Virus record (IMG/VR): IMGVR_UViG_3300021185_002414
Direction: 5' to 3' (one strand)
Length of the DNA stretch: 64,000 bases
DNA from: a virus
In this document: piece by piece, positions 37,560-49,100 of the stretch
Position numbering within the stretch: the first letter of the stretch is position 1
Layout: each line of letters opens with the position of its first letter
Made by a program: the position numbers and the translations under genes
The notes under the pieces: model-generated
Told to the model about the DNA's origin: nothing
Databases searched by the model: none
What the model saw: only the letters and a program-made list of their open reading frames with translations

Positions 37560-40500
37560 ATGGCTTTTAGACAGATTAAGAGTCCAGCGTTGGCTAACCA
37601 AGCGGTTATCAACACAAAACTAGATGTTACTTCGGTTTCCGGCCAAACGGCAAGTAATACTCTAGCGGGCTTAGACACTCTACTAATTCATAGTAATGCA
37701 CAAAGTGCGCTACGTAAAGTAACAGCTTCAGATCTTATTGGTTCTTTTGATACTGATGATTTAGCTGAAGGTACAAACCTTTATTTTACAGATGCAAGAG
37801 CACAAGCGGCAGTTGCGGCAGATATTGCAGCAGCAGTAGCGGCAGAGGAAACTCGTGCATTGGCGGCAGAATTAGTTTTAACAAACAACTTAGCAGCGGA
37901 AGTAACACGTGCAACAGGAGCAGAAGGTACTTTAACTACAAACCTTGCTACTGAAGTAAGTGACCGTACAGCGGCAGATACTGCCTTAGATACGGCATAT
38001 AAAGCGGCAGATAGTAACTTACAAGGACAGATTGACAACATCGTTTCAAACACAGATGCAGCTGCACTTGACTCACTAAGTGAAATCGTAACTGCATTTC
38101 AATCTGCAGACTCAGTATTTACTGCTGGTATAGCAGCAAACGCAACAGCTATCTCAAATGAGGTAACACGTGCAACAGGTGCAGAAGGCGTAAATGCTAC
38201 AGCAATTGCAAACGAAATTACTCGTGCGCAAGGTGTTGAAGCAGTAAATGCAGCAGCAGTAGTTTCCGAAGCGGCAACAAGACTAGCGGCAGACAATGCT
38301 CTTGATTTAAGAGTAACTGCAAATGAAGGTGATATCACTACACTAACAAGTGGACTAGCGGCAGAAATTGCAGCTACAGATGGTGAAATTTCAACTTTAA
38401 CTACAGACTTAGCAGCAGAAGTAACACGTGCAACAGGAGCTGAACAAGCGAATGCAACATCAATTCAATCTGAAGTTACAGCACGTACAGCAGCTGATTT
38501 AGCAGTTCGTGCAGATTTTGCAACAGCAGATACGGCAGTAACAACTGCAATGGAAGCATATGCAGATCAAGCAGAAGCAGATGCAATTACAACAGCAAAT
38601 GCATACACAGATCAAGAAATTACAGATGTTGAAGAAGCGGCAAATAACTATACTGATGATGAAATTGAAGCTCACGTAGGTGATCTTACAGTGGATGGTA
38701 CAAGTGGTAACACAGTTACAGACCGTATTGCAACAGCAAAAGCAGAAGCAATTGCGGCGGCAGCAGCAGATACTGATGCAGATGTACTTGTTGAAAAAAC
38801 ACGTGCTGAAGCAGCAGAGCTAGTTTTAACAACTGACCTAGCAACTGAAACAAGTAGAATTGATAACATCATTTCAAACACAGATGCAGCGGCACTAGAC
38901 TCGTTAACAGAAATTGTAGCGGCATTCCAAGCAGCTGACTCAAATTTCCAAGCATTGATTAACTCTAATACTTCAGCTATTACAGCAGAAGCAACAACTA
39001 GAGCATCAGCAGATCTAACACTACAAGGTAACATTGATAGTGAAGCATCTACACGTGCAACAGCGGATACTACATTACAAGGCAATATCGATGCAGAAGC
39101 GGCAACACGTGCAGCAGACGATAATGCAGTTGAAGCGGCAGCGGCGGCAGACGCTACTACTAAAGCAGACGCGGCACAGGCGGCAGCAATTGCACACGCT
39201 GATACAGAAGACGCACTATTAATTGGTGATGCAACTGTAGACGGATCATCAGGCAATACACTAAAAGATCGTATTGAAGATGGTGATGCGGCAGTAACAA
39301 CAGCATTTACAAATGCTGACACTGCAATCACAACTGCATTTACAGCGGCTGACACAGCTCTACAACTTCAAATCACTGCACATGACGGTGAAATTGATCA
39401 AAACGTACTTGATATTGCAACAAATGCAGGTGCTATTGCTCAAGAAGTAACAGATCGTACAAATGCTGACAATACGCTACAAGCAAATATTGATACAGAA
39501 GAAGCTGACAGAATTGCAGCGGACACAGTATTAACAAATGGTCTTGCGGCAGAAGTAACACGTGCAACAGCGGCAGAAGATGCTAATACATTAGCTATTT
39601 CAAATGAGGTAACACGTGCAACTGGTATCGAAGCTGGCTTACGTACAGATGTAGATACTAATACAGCAGGTGTTGCTACAAACGCAGCAGCAATTACAAC
39701 TGAAACAGCGGCAAGACTTGCAGCTGACTTAACGTTACAAGGTAACATTGATACAGAAACAGCACGTATTGACGCTATCTTATTAAATGCCGACGGTGCA
39801 TTAGACACATTAAAAGAGATTGGTGATGCATTTGCAGCAGCAGACTCAACTTTACAAGGTCTAATTACAGCTAACGGAACACGTTTAACAACTAACGAAG
39901 GCGACATTGATACACTGGAAACAGAAATGGATGCAGCTGAAGGTCGTTTAGATAGCTTAGAAGCAGTAGTGGCAACTGGTGGTGAATCACTAGATACTAC
40001 AGCAACAACACTAGTTGGTGCGATCAACGAAGTGCATGGTGAAGTAGATACAAATACTACAAACATTGGCACAATTGGTGATCTAGACACAACAGCATCT
40101 AACTTAGTTGACGCAGTAAACGAAGTACATGGTGAAGTAGATACAAATCTAGCGGCAGCAACAACTGACCGTGCAGCTATCCGTACAGAATTTGGAGCGG
40201 CAGATAATGTAGTACGTGGTGAATTTGCGGCAGAAGACACTGCAATCCGTGGTGAATTTGCAGCGGCAGATACAGCTTTAGATACATCTCTAAAAGCATA
40301 TGCAGATCAAGCAGAAGCAGATGCAATTACAGCAGCGGCAACATATACAGACGCTGAAGTATTAACAGAGAAAACTCGTGCAATGGCAGCAGAACTTGTA
40401 AATGCAAATGCTATTACAGCAGAAGCTACAACTGCACGTGCAGCTGAATCAGCAAATGCAACAGGTATTGCAAACAACTTATCTGAAATTACTGCAACAC

Positions 40501-42110
40501 AAGCAGGCGCAGGTCTAAACTTAGACGGTACATTTACTGCACATACTACTTCAAACTACATTGATGCAGCATCAAACCTAAAAGCAGTTGACTTACTACT
40601 GGATGCAGCAATTAAAGCAAACGAAACTGCACTTACACAAGAAGTAACAGATCGTACAGCAGACGTTGATGCAGAAGAAACACGTGCTATAGCAGAAGAA
40701 GCAAGAATTGAAGGTCTTGTAACAGCTGAAGTTACACGTGCAACTGGTGTAGAAGCTGGTATCCAATCACAGGTTACAGCAAATGCAGCGGCAATTTTAG
40801 CAGAAGAAACTAGAGCAGAAGCTGAAGAAATACGTATTGAAGCAAAAGTCGACAATATTATTTCTAACACAGATGCAGCAGCTTTAGACTCACTAACTGA
40901 AATCGTAAGTGCATTCCAATCAGCTGACTCAACATTAACTGGTTTAGTTACAGCTAACCAAACTGACATCGCAACTAACGCATCAGACATTGCACAAGAG
41001 ATCGTAGATCGTGCAGCGGCTGATACAAGCATTAGAACAGACTTTGCAGCAGCAGATACTACATTACAAAATAATATAGATCTAAAAATAGCAAAAGCTG
41101 GCGATACTATGTCAGGCGACCTAGCAATGGGCGGCAACATGGTAACTGGTTTAGGTTCAGCGGCACAAGCTGGTGATGCAGTATCAAAAGCATTCCTAGA
41201 TGCGGCAATTGCGGCACAAGATATTAGTGTTTATGATACAGATGATTTATCAGAAGGTTCAACTAACCTATACTTTACAGATGCAAGAGCATTAAATGCA
41301 ATTAACACAGGTGCATATACATTCCCAGGTGCTTCAGGTAACGAAGGTCAAGCATTACGCTTTGACGCAGACGGTGACCTTGTAGTAGGTAATGTTGCTT
41401 CAGAAGTTCTACAATTAGATGACGTAAACAGCTCATCATATACTAATAAAGCTGGTTATGTTCTAAGTGTAGACGAAGATGAAGGTGGAATGACATTGGT
41501 CGATCCATCAGAACTAGCATTTGCAACTCCACACCGCCAAGTAATTGATGGTGATGGTTCACAAACAACATTCTCACTTAACTTCTACTCAACAGTAGAT
41601 GATGCGATGGTGTTTGTGGGTGGTGTTATCCAGGATCCAAGTACACACTATACACTTAATGGTTCAGGACAGCAAATTACATTCAACAGTGCAATTCCAG
41701 TAGGAACACAGGCAGTTGTAATTTCTCACCAAATTGTAAACGTACCATTCATTGCAGCAGCTTCTGTAACAAAAGATAAGTTTGCGGCAGATGTAAAAGC
41801 ATACATCCAGCAAGCATCAGTTACAGCATCTACAACTGGCGACACAGTTGATACATTTGACGGAACAAAATATCGTTCAGCTAAGTATATCATTCAAGTA
41901 GATGATAACGGTGAATATGAAACACGTGAAGCATTAGTAGTACACGATGGTACAAACGCATACATCACAGAATATGCACTTGTTTATACAGGTTCAGATT
42001 TAATTGGTGATGCTAGTGTTACAATGAACGGCAATAATGTAGAACTAATTTACACATGCTCTTCAGGTACTGCAACAGTAAAAGTTATCTCAACATACAT
42101 TGATGTGTAA
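37560..42110 (+). CDS. Long Ala/Thr-rich coiled-coil fibre protein
   Basis: Start at MAFRQ (37560, GGAG RBS). Repeated AEVTRATGAE and NTDAAALDSL(S/T)EIVxAFQ modules; C-terminal beta domain (YRSAKYIIQV). Confidence 0.8.
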   Translation: MAFRQIKSPALANQAVINTKLDVTSVSGQTASNTLAGLDTLLIHSNAQSALRKVTASDLIGSFDTDDLAEGTNLYFTDARAQAAVAADIAAAVAAEETRALAAELVLTNNLAAEVTRATGAEGTLTTNLATEVSDRTAADTALDTAYKAADSNLQGQIDNIVSNTDAAALDSLSEIVTAFQSADSVFTAGIAANATAISNEVTRATGAEGVNATAIANEITRAQGVEAVNAAAVVSEAATRLAADNALDLRVTANEGDITTLTSGLAAEIAATDGEISTLTTDLAAEVTRATGAEQANATSIQSEVTARTAADLAVRADFATADTAVTTAMEAYADQAEADAITTANAYTDQEITDVEEAANNYTDDEIEAHVGDLTVDGTSGNTVTDRIATAKAEAIAAAAADTDADVLVEKTRAEAAELVLTTDLATETSRIDNIISNTDAAALDSLTEIVAAFQAADSNFQALINSNTSAITAEATTRASADLTLQGNIDSEASTRATADTTLQGNIDAEAATRAADDNAVEAAAAADATTKADAAQAAAIAHADTEDALLIGDATVDGSSGNTLKDRIEDGDAAVTTAFTNADTAITTAFTAADTALQLQITAHDGEIDQNVLDIATNAGAIAQEVTDRTNADNTLQANIDTEEADRIAADTVLTNGLAAEVTRATAAEDANTLAISNEVTRATGIEAGLRTDVDTNTAGVATNAAAITTETAARLAADLTLQGNIDTETARIDAILLNADGALDTLKEIGDAFAAADSTLQGLITANGTRLTTNEGDIDTLETEMDAAEGRLDSLEAVVATGGESLDTTATTLVGAINEVHGEVDTNTTNIGTIGDLDTTASNLVDAVNEVHGEVDTNLAAATTDRAAIRTEFGAADNVVRGEFAAEDTAIRGEFAAADTALDTSLKAYADQAEADAITAAATYTDAEVLTEKTRAMAAELVNANAITAEATTARAAESANATGIANNLSEITATQAGAGLNLDGTFTAHTTSNYIDAASNLKAVDLLLDAAIKANETALTQEVTDRTADVDAEETRAIAEEARIEGLVTAEVTRATGVEAGIQSQVTANAAAILAEETRAEAEEIRIEAKVDNIISNTDAAALDSLTEIVSAFQSADSTLTGLVTANQTDIATNASDIAQEIVDRAAADTSIRTDFAAADTTLQNNIDLKIAKAGDTMSGDLAMGGNMVTGLGSAAQAGDAVSKAFLDAAIAAQDISVYDTDDLSEGSTNLYFTDARALNAINTGAYTFPGASGNEGQALRFDADGDLVVGNVASEVLQLDDVNSSSYTNKAGYVLSVDEDEGGMTLVDPSELAFATPHRQVIDGDGSQTTFSLNFYSTVDDAMVFVGGVIQDPSTHYTLNGSGQQITFNSAIPVGTQAVVISHQIVNVPFIAAASVTKDKFAADVKAYIQQASVTASTTGDTVDTFDGTKYRSAKYIIQVDDNGEYETREALVVHDGTNAYITEYALVYTGSDLIGDASVTMNGNNVELIYTCSSGTATVKVISTYIDV

Positions 42111-42125
42111 GAGTTAATTCAATAA

Positions 42126-42156
42126 AGTTGGGTGCAACATTCAGTTGCACTCAACT
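42126..42156 (+). terminator. 13-bp hairpin after the long fibre gene
   Basis: AGTTGGGTGCAAC-ATTCA-GTTGCACTCAACT; the U tract is poor. Confidence 0.5.
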
Positions 42157-42262
42157 ACACTAAAATTTTCAATATAAAAGTAGTTAATACTACATATGTT
42201 GAAATAAATATTATAGTTGCTCAATGCAACTAAAACTCTTTCGCGAAAAGGATTTTTAAAAA

Positions 42263-44872
42263 ATGGCACAAAAACAATTTTTTATAGACGGTGGCTTCAA
42301 TACTAATGCTGACTCAGTATTGGTGGGTAACCTGGACATGACTGGTCACATTATACCAACTGTAGACTCAGATGGTACTACTGGTTATGATTTAGGTAGT
42401 CCTAGCAAAAAATGGCGCGACCTATATCTATCACAAGGCTCACTATATATTGATGGGCAAAAAGTTATTGAATCTGATGCTGGAACAATCGTTGTTACAG
42501 CTGACCCAGATCAATCACTAACTACGAGAGTAACTGGTACTGGTGTATTAACACTTCAGTCAGCTACAACTGTATCAATAGCAGCAACCCTACAAATGGG
42601 TTCAGACAAAAAAATCACAGACCAGGGCGGTGACGCAGTTACGTTTGGTGATAAAGTTGATATGGACAATAACCAAATTATTAATGTTGGTGCACCAACA
42701 GCAGATGGACATGCAACAACAAAACTATATGTTGATTCATTAGTAAATGGAATAGCAACAGATGCAATTACAGAAGGCGACTCAGAAATTGAAATCGCTG
42801 ACTTGGGTACTGGTACAGTTGGAATTACTGTAGACGGTGGCCAAAGGTTTGCATTATCAGCCACTGGACTAGCAATGACAGTTCCAGTAACAGTAAATGG
42901 TCATACATTAGCAAATGAAGGCTATGTTGATACAGCTGAAGCAGATGCAAATACATATACAGATGGAGAAATTGTAACTGCAACAACTGCATTACAAGCA
43001 TACGCAGATCAAGCAGAAGTAGATGCAAAATCATATGCAGATGGTATTGTTGCTACAGCAACTAGTACAGCAAGCACAGATGCTACTACAAAAGCAAATG
43101 CAGCACAAGCGGCGGCTATCTCAGCGGCGGCAACTGATGCAACAAATAAAGCAAATGCAACTGGAACAAGTTCAAACACATATGCAGATGGTATTGTTGC
43201 CACAGCAACTACATCATTACAATCATATGCAGATACAGCAGAAGCAGATGCAAAATCATATGCAGATGCGGCAATTGCAGCATTAGTAGACACAGCACCA
43301 GGCGCACTAGATACTCTAAACGAACTAGCGGCAGCTATGGGTGATGATGCTAACTTTGCAGCTTCAACAGCTACAAATATTGCTACAGCAAAATCAGAAG
43401 CTATTGCACATACTGATTCAGAAATTGGAGCATTAGACTTTAATAATGTAGCAGGCGGCATTGCAGTAACAGGCGGCGCACTTGAATTAGGTGCTAATGC
43501 AGATTTAGAATTATCAGGAACATCAGAAGTTTCATATTCAGGATCAACAATCGTAGGCGACGACCCAGATGCAGCTGGTAACCCAGCAGTATGTGCGTCA
43601 TCATTCCGTCCTACAGCAAGTGTATCAAACCTAAACTTACGTCCTAACGCAGGTGGCGCAATTTCACTAGATGGTGGAGATGTAACATATGGTGCAGTAG
43701 GCATTGTTGGCGATGACCCAGATAATGCTGGTTCACCAACAGTATGTGCTTCAACATTCCGTCCAGTAGCTGGCCAAGCAGATCTTAATCTACGTCCAGG
43801 CACAGGTGGTTCGATCGCATTAGGTGGCAATGTTCTAGAAGGTGTTAGTACACCAGTAGCAGGAACAGATGCATCAAATAAAACATATGTTGATTCAGCA
43901 GAATCAAATGCAATTAGTACAGCAAGTGCAGATGCTACATCTAAAGCTAATGCGGCTCAAGCGGCAGCGGCAACAGATGCTACTACTAAAGCAGATGCAG
44001 CAGAAGTAGATGCAAAAGCATATACAGATACAAGAGAAACAGCAATCACAACTGCATATAGAGCATATGCAGATCAAGCAGAAGTAGATGCAAAAGCATA
44101 TACAGATACAGAAGTTGCATCCTTGGTAGCTTCAGCACCAGGTGCGCTAGATACATTAAATGAACTAGCAGCAGCAATGGGTGATGATGCTAATTTTGCA
44201 GCCTCAACAGCTACAAATATTGCTACAGCAAAATCAGAAGCAATTGCTTCAGCGGCAAGTGATGCTACTACTAAAGCAGATGCGGCTCAAGCGGCAGCAT
44301 CAGCTGATGCGACATCAAAAGCAAATACAGCAGAAAGTAATGCGGCAACTGATGCAACTAATAAAGCAAATACAGCAGAATCAAATGCAATTAGTGCAGC
44401 AAGCACAGATGCTACATCTAAAGCTAATGCGGCACAAGCGGCAGCAATTAGTACAGCGGCAACTGATGCAACCAATAAAGTCAATACTTGCCAATCAACA
44501 GCGGCAGCAGATGCAACTTCTAAAGCAAATGCGGCACAAGCGGCAGCGGCAACAGATGCAACTAATAAAGCAAATGATGCCCTAGCAGCAGCAACATCAT
44601 ATATTGACAGTGAAATTGGTGGAATTGAAACAGAAATTTCAACTTCAGCATTCCATAGTTCAGTACAAGATGTAACTAATGCGTCAACAGTAGCATATAC
44701 ATTTAGTGATGTTGTTGGTGCAGTTGATTATACTGTATACGTTAACAGACAACTTGTTAGACCAACTGAACTAAGTTCAGTTAATGTTGGAACAGGTGTA
44801 GTAACATTTGCATCAAGTATACTTGAAGTAGGTGACGAAATTGAAGTCAAAGGATGGAAATTAGTTAGCTAA
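42263..44872 (+). CDS. Fibre protein with Ala-rich coiled-coil repeats
   Basis: ADATxKANAAQAAA repeats; APGALDTLNELAAAMGDDANFA twice; N-terminal module shared with the 46167 gene. Confidence 0.8.
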   Translation: MAQKQFFIDGGFNTNADSVLVGNLDMTGHIIPTVDSDGTTGYDLGSPSKKWRDLYLSQGSLYIDGQKVIESDAGTIVVTADPDQSLTTRVTGTGVLTLQSATTVSIAATLQMGSDKKITDQGGDAVTFGDKVDMDNNQIINVGAPTADGHATTKLYVDSLVNGIATDAITEGDSEIEIADLGTGTVGITVDGGQRFALSATGLAMTVPVTVNGHTLANEGYVDTAEADANTYTDGEIVTATTALQAYADQAEVDAKSYADGIVATATSTASTDATTKANAAQAAAISAAATDATNKANATGTSSNTYADGIVATATTSLQSYADTAEADAKSYADAAIAALVDTAPGALDTLNELAAAMGDDANFAASTATNIATAKSEAIAHTDSEIGALDFNNVAGGIAVTGGALELGANADLELSGTSEVSYSGSTIVGDDPDAAGNPAVCASSFRPTASVSNLNLRPNAGGAISLDGGDVTYGAVGIVGDDPDNAGSPTVCASTFRPVAGQADLNLRPGTGGSIALGGNVLEGVSTPVAGTDASNKTYVDSAESNAISTASADATSKANAAQAAAATDATTKADAAEVDAKAYTDTRETAITTAYRAYADQAEVDAKAYTDTEVASLVASAPGALDTLNELAAAMGDDANFAASTATNIATAKSEAIASAASDATTKADAAQAAASADATSKANTAESNAATDATNKANTAESNAISAASTDATSKANAAQAAAISTAATDATNKVNTCQSTAAADATSKANAAQAAAATDATNKANDALAAATSYIDSEIGGIETEISTSAFHSSVQDVTNASTVAYTFSDVVGAVDYTVYVNRQLVRPTELSSVNVGTGVVTFASSILEVGDEIEVKGWKLVS

Positions 44873-44889
44873 TATAATTTAGTCCAACG

Positions 44890-44930
44890 GTAGGGGGTTC
44901 CCACCCCCTACTTAGGCACTATATAGTGCC
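44890..44930 (+). promoter_or_regulatory. Two adjacent intergenic hairpins
   Basis: GTAGGGGGT-TCCC-ACCCCCTAC and GGCACT-ATAT-AGTGCC; function not determined. Confidence 0.4.
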
Positions 44931-44984
44931 ATGGTATAACAGAGTTAATACTACGAGGCTAAAAAACTTTTAAGGAGAGTTAAA

Positions 44985-46067
44985 ATGGGAAGAAAAGTCA
45001 GACACGGAGGTTCCACAGGAACCTTTTCATTTAATAAATCAAAGAAATACAAGTATAATTCAACTGGTTCACTAGAAGAATTTACTGGTGAGGCAGGCGC
45101 AGAAGAAATTACAATCTCAGGTTCAAAATCGTCTCTTAGACGTATGGCGGACATGGAACGTAACATTTCGATCCTAGCAACAAAACTAACAACAACAGAC
45201 GGTGAAGCAGATGATGGTAATAACGATGATTTTGGTACTAACGTAAACAAAACAACACGTTTCAAGAAAGGTGTTCGCATAGACGATACACTGGACATGA
45301 AAGATACTATCGACATGAACAGTCACAAAATTACTTCATTGGCTACACCAACATCATCCACTGATGCAGCTAATAAATCATATGTTGATGCACGTGAAGC
45401 ATCAGCTGAATCAACAGCTTCAAGTGATGCAACATCTAAAGCAAATGCGGCGCAATCTGCAGCGATTAGTTCATCAAACTCATATACAGACACAGCGATT
45501 TCAAACTTAGTAAATGGTGCTAACTCATCTTTTGATACACTAAAAGAAATCCAAGATGCAATGGCAACAGATGCTGAACTTTCAGCAGCTATTAATGGTC
45601 TAACAATTGGTAATGCTACAATTACAATTTCAGCAGGTAACGGTCTAGGTGGCGGCGCAGCTTTCACAACTAACCAAACATCTAATGAAACTATATCACT
45701 ATCAGTTAACACAGGAAACGGTCTAACAATCTCAAGTGACTCAGTTCAAATGTCAGGTTCATACACTGGTACATTTACAGCAACTGGCGACATTTGTGCA
45801 TACTCAGATGCTTCACTTAAAACTAACGTACAAACAATTGAAGGTGCGATGGGCAAAGTGGATGCAATCCGCGGTGTAACATTTGACAGACTAGCAGACG
45901 GTTCAACATCAACAGGTGTTATTGCTCAAGAACTAGAATCAGTTCTACCAGAAGCAGTACAAACTGATGAAAATGGTGTTAAAATGGTAGCATACGGTAA
46001 CGTAACAGGCCTACTAATTGAAGCATTAAAAGAACTAAAAGCAGAAGTAGAATCACTAAAGAAGTAA
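44985..46067 (+). CDS. Fibre/spike protein with C-terminal intramolecular chaperone (peptidase S74-like)
   Basis: SDASLKTNV...IRGVTF...TGVIAQELESVLPEAV...VAYGNVTGLLIEALKELKAEVESLK. Confidence 0.85.
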   Translation: MGRKVRHGGSTGTFSFNKSKKYKYNSTGSLEEFTGEAGAEEITISGSKSSLRRMADMERNISILATKLTTTDGEADDGNNDDFGTNVNKTTRFKKGVRIDDTLDMKDTIDMNSHKITSLATPTSSTDAANKSYVDAREASAESTASSDATSKANAAQSAAISSSNSYTDTAISNLVNGANSSFDTLKEIQDAMATDAELSAAINGLTIGNATITISAGNGLGGGAAFTTNQTSNETISLSVNTGNGLTISSDSVQMSGSYTGTFTATGDICAYSDASLKTNVQTIEGAMGKVDAIRGVTFDRLADGSTSTGVIAQELESVLPEAVQTDENGVKMVAYGNVTGLLIEALKELKAEVESLKK

Positions 46068-46090
46068 TTTTAACAAACTCGTAATATTTT

Positions 46091-46120
46091 GGAGCAGTGG
46101 AGACACTGCTCCTTTTTTTT
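46091..46120 (+). terminator. Intrinsic terminator
   Basis: GGAGCAGTG-GAGA-CACTGCTCC followed by a T run. Confidence 0.9.
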
Positions 46121-46166
46121 ATGATTATGCATAAATACTACTAATAACAAACTAGGAATAATAAAC

Positions 46167-49100
46167 GTGGCTTTTAAGGTAGTTAATAAAACAGTAATTG
46201 ATAATAATACGGATGGTGATGTTAATCTATTAAGAGTAGAAAACGTACCCGTACTTGTTGGTGATGGAAATGGAAATATTACATTACAAAATGTAATATT
46301 AAATATTGATTCAGATTCAGTATCTGAAGGTTCTAATAATTTATATTTTACAGATGCAAGAGCACAAGCGGCATTGGCTGGAGATATAATCAATCTACAA
46401 ACTAATATAGGAATTGGTGACACAAATACATTAGCTGCTGCACAAGCATATGCAGATAGTATACTTGTAGGAAATTTATCATTATCAGGACATATTATAC
46501 CAAGTGTAGATTCAGATGGGACAACTGGTTTCGATCTAGGTAGTCCTAGTAAAAAATGGCGAGACCTTTATTTGTCAGAAGGATCACTGTATATCAACAA
46601 TCAAAAAGTTATAGAAGATAGTGCAGGAACAATTATTGTTCGTTCTAATACAGATCAGTCATTATTAATTAAAACAGAAGGTACAGGCGTACTAACACTT
46701 GAATCAGATTCAACGATAAATGTTTCTTCTACATTACAAATACAAAGTGGAAAACGTATTACTGATTCTGGAGGAAATGCGATCCAGTTTGGTGACAAAG
46801 TTGACATGGATAATAATCAGATTATTAATGTTGGATCACCAACTAGTGCTACTGATGGAGTAAACAAGGCATATGTTGATAGTACAATTTCTACTATTTC
46901 AACAAATGCAATTACAGAGGGCGATTCACAAGTTGAGATTGCTGATTTAGGCACTGGTACAGTTATTATGACAGTTGATGGTGCCCAACGTTTTACATTA
47001 TCAGCAACTGAATTAATGTCAACTGTTCCTATGAAAATTAACAGTGACAATGTAGCAACAGAAATATATGCAGACCAAGCAGAAGCAGATGCAAAAGCAT
47101 ACACAGATACACGTGAAGCGGCAATTACAACTGCATATCAAACATACACAGATACAGCAGAAGCAAACGCAGTATCTACATCAAATAATTATACAGATCA
47201 AGCAGAAGCAGATGCAAAAGCATATACAGATACACGTGAAGCGGCCATTACAACTGCATATGAATCATATACAGATCAAGCAGAAGCAGATGCAAAAGCA
47301 TATACAGATACACGTGAAGCGGCTATTACAACTGCATATGAATCATATACAGATCAAGCAGAAGCAGATGCAATTAGTACAGCAAGTGCAGATGCAACAT
47401 CTAAAGCAAATGCGGCACAAAGTGCAGCGATTTCAACAGCTTCAAGTGATGCAACATCTAAAGCAAATGCGGCACAAAGCGCAGCGATTTCAATAGCTTC
47501 AAGTGATGCAACATCTAAAGCAAATGCGGCCCAGGCGACAGCAATTAGTACAGCAAGTGCAGATGCTACTACAAAAGCAGATGCGGCACAAGCGGCGGCG
47601 GCAACTGATGCCACTACAAAAGCAAATACCGCAGAATCAAATGCAATTAGTGCGGCGGCAACAGATGCTACTACAAAAGCAGATGCAGCAGAAGCAAATG
47701 CCGCAACAGATGCTACAACTAAAGCAGATGCAGCAGAAGCTGATGCAATTAGTACAGCAAGCGCAGATGCAACAACTAAAGCAGATACTGCAAAACAAGA
47801 TGCAATTAATATAGCAGAAGCCAAAGACGTAGTACGTGCGGCAGCATCAAATTTATATGCAGATACAGCAGAAGCAGATGCAAAAGCATATACAGATACA
47901 CGTGAAGTAGCAATTACAACTGCATATGAAGCATATGCAGATCAAGCAGAAGTAGATGCAGTATCTACTGCAAATAGTTATACAGATACCGCAGTAGCGA
48001 ATGTTATAGATAGTGCGCCAGCAGTATTAGATACTCTAAACGAACTAGCAGCAGCATTAGGCGATGATGCAAATTTTGCAACAACTGTTAGCAATGATAT
48101 TGGAACAAAAGTAAGCAAAACTGGAGATACAATGACAGGAGATTTAACTCTTGCAGGTGCTCCAAGTAATGCAAATCATGCCGCATCTAAGGCATATGTA
48201 GATAGTGCAGTATCAGGTGGAACAGGCGCATTAGACACAGATGACATTGCAGAAGCCGGAAATTTATATTATACAAATGCTAGAGTAGATGCACGTATAC
48301 CAACTAACATAAGTTCATTTACAAACGACAGTAGTTATGCAACAACTAGTCAATTGTTTAGTGGAAGTTATACAGATTTATCTAATAAGCCAACAATACC
48401 AACTAACAACAATCAGTTAACTAACGGAGCAAGTTATGCAACTACAAGTCAATTGTTTAGTGGAAGTTATGATGATTTAACAAACAAGCCAACAATACCA
48501 ACTAACAACAATCAGTTGACTAACGGAGCAAGTTATGCAACTACAAGTCAATTGTTTAGTGGAAGTTATGATGATTTGTCTGATAAACCAACAATACCAA
48601 CTAATAATAATCAGTTAACTAACGGAGCAGGATATATTACATCCTTTACTGATACTAATACAACATACACAGCAGGCACAGGGTTAAATTTAGTTGGAAC
48701 AACATTTAATAATACAGCACCAGACCAAACTGTAAGTTTAACAGGTTCAGGTGCTACAAGTATTAGTGGAACATATCCTAACTTTACTATTAGTAGCACA
48801 GACACAAATACTAACACAACATATTCAACTGCTACTTCAAGCACATTGGGATTAGTTAAAATTGGATATAGTGAGAATGGCAAAAACTATCCAGTTGAAT
48901 TATCAAGTGGTAAAATGTATGTAAACGTTCCTTGGGTAGACACAAATACTGACACAAATACAACATATTCTGATGGAAACGGGATTGGGTTGTCGTCCAC
49001 TACATTCAGTGTAAGTGCTGGTAACGGACTTACACAAGAGGCAGATGGTCTTAAAATGAGTGGAAGTTATACTGGTACATTTACTGCATCAGGAGACATT

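Noticed and set aside
23982-47824. Many long antisense or alternate-frame ORFs (e.g. 23982-24632, 25625-26113, 38672-39355, 39440-40240, 43009-43830, 47354-47824, and Gln/Met-rich plus-frame ORFs such as 44181-44585)
   Set aside because: They are shadows of Glu- or Ala-rich genes with biased codons (GCA/GAA give Ser/Ala antisense and Gln/Met shifted frames); no RBS or motifs.
47065-48640. Tandem repeats as a possible CRISPR array or DGR template/variable repeat
   Set aside because: Repeats are contiguous, in-frame multiples of 3 with no unique spacers; no cas or reverse transcriptase gene and no adenine-specific mismatch pattern.
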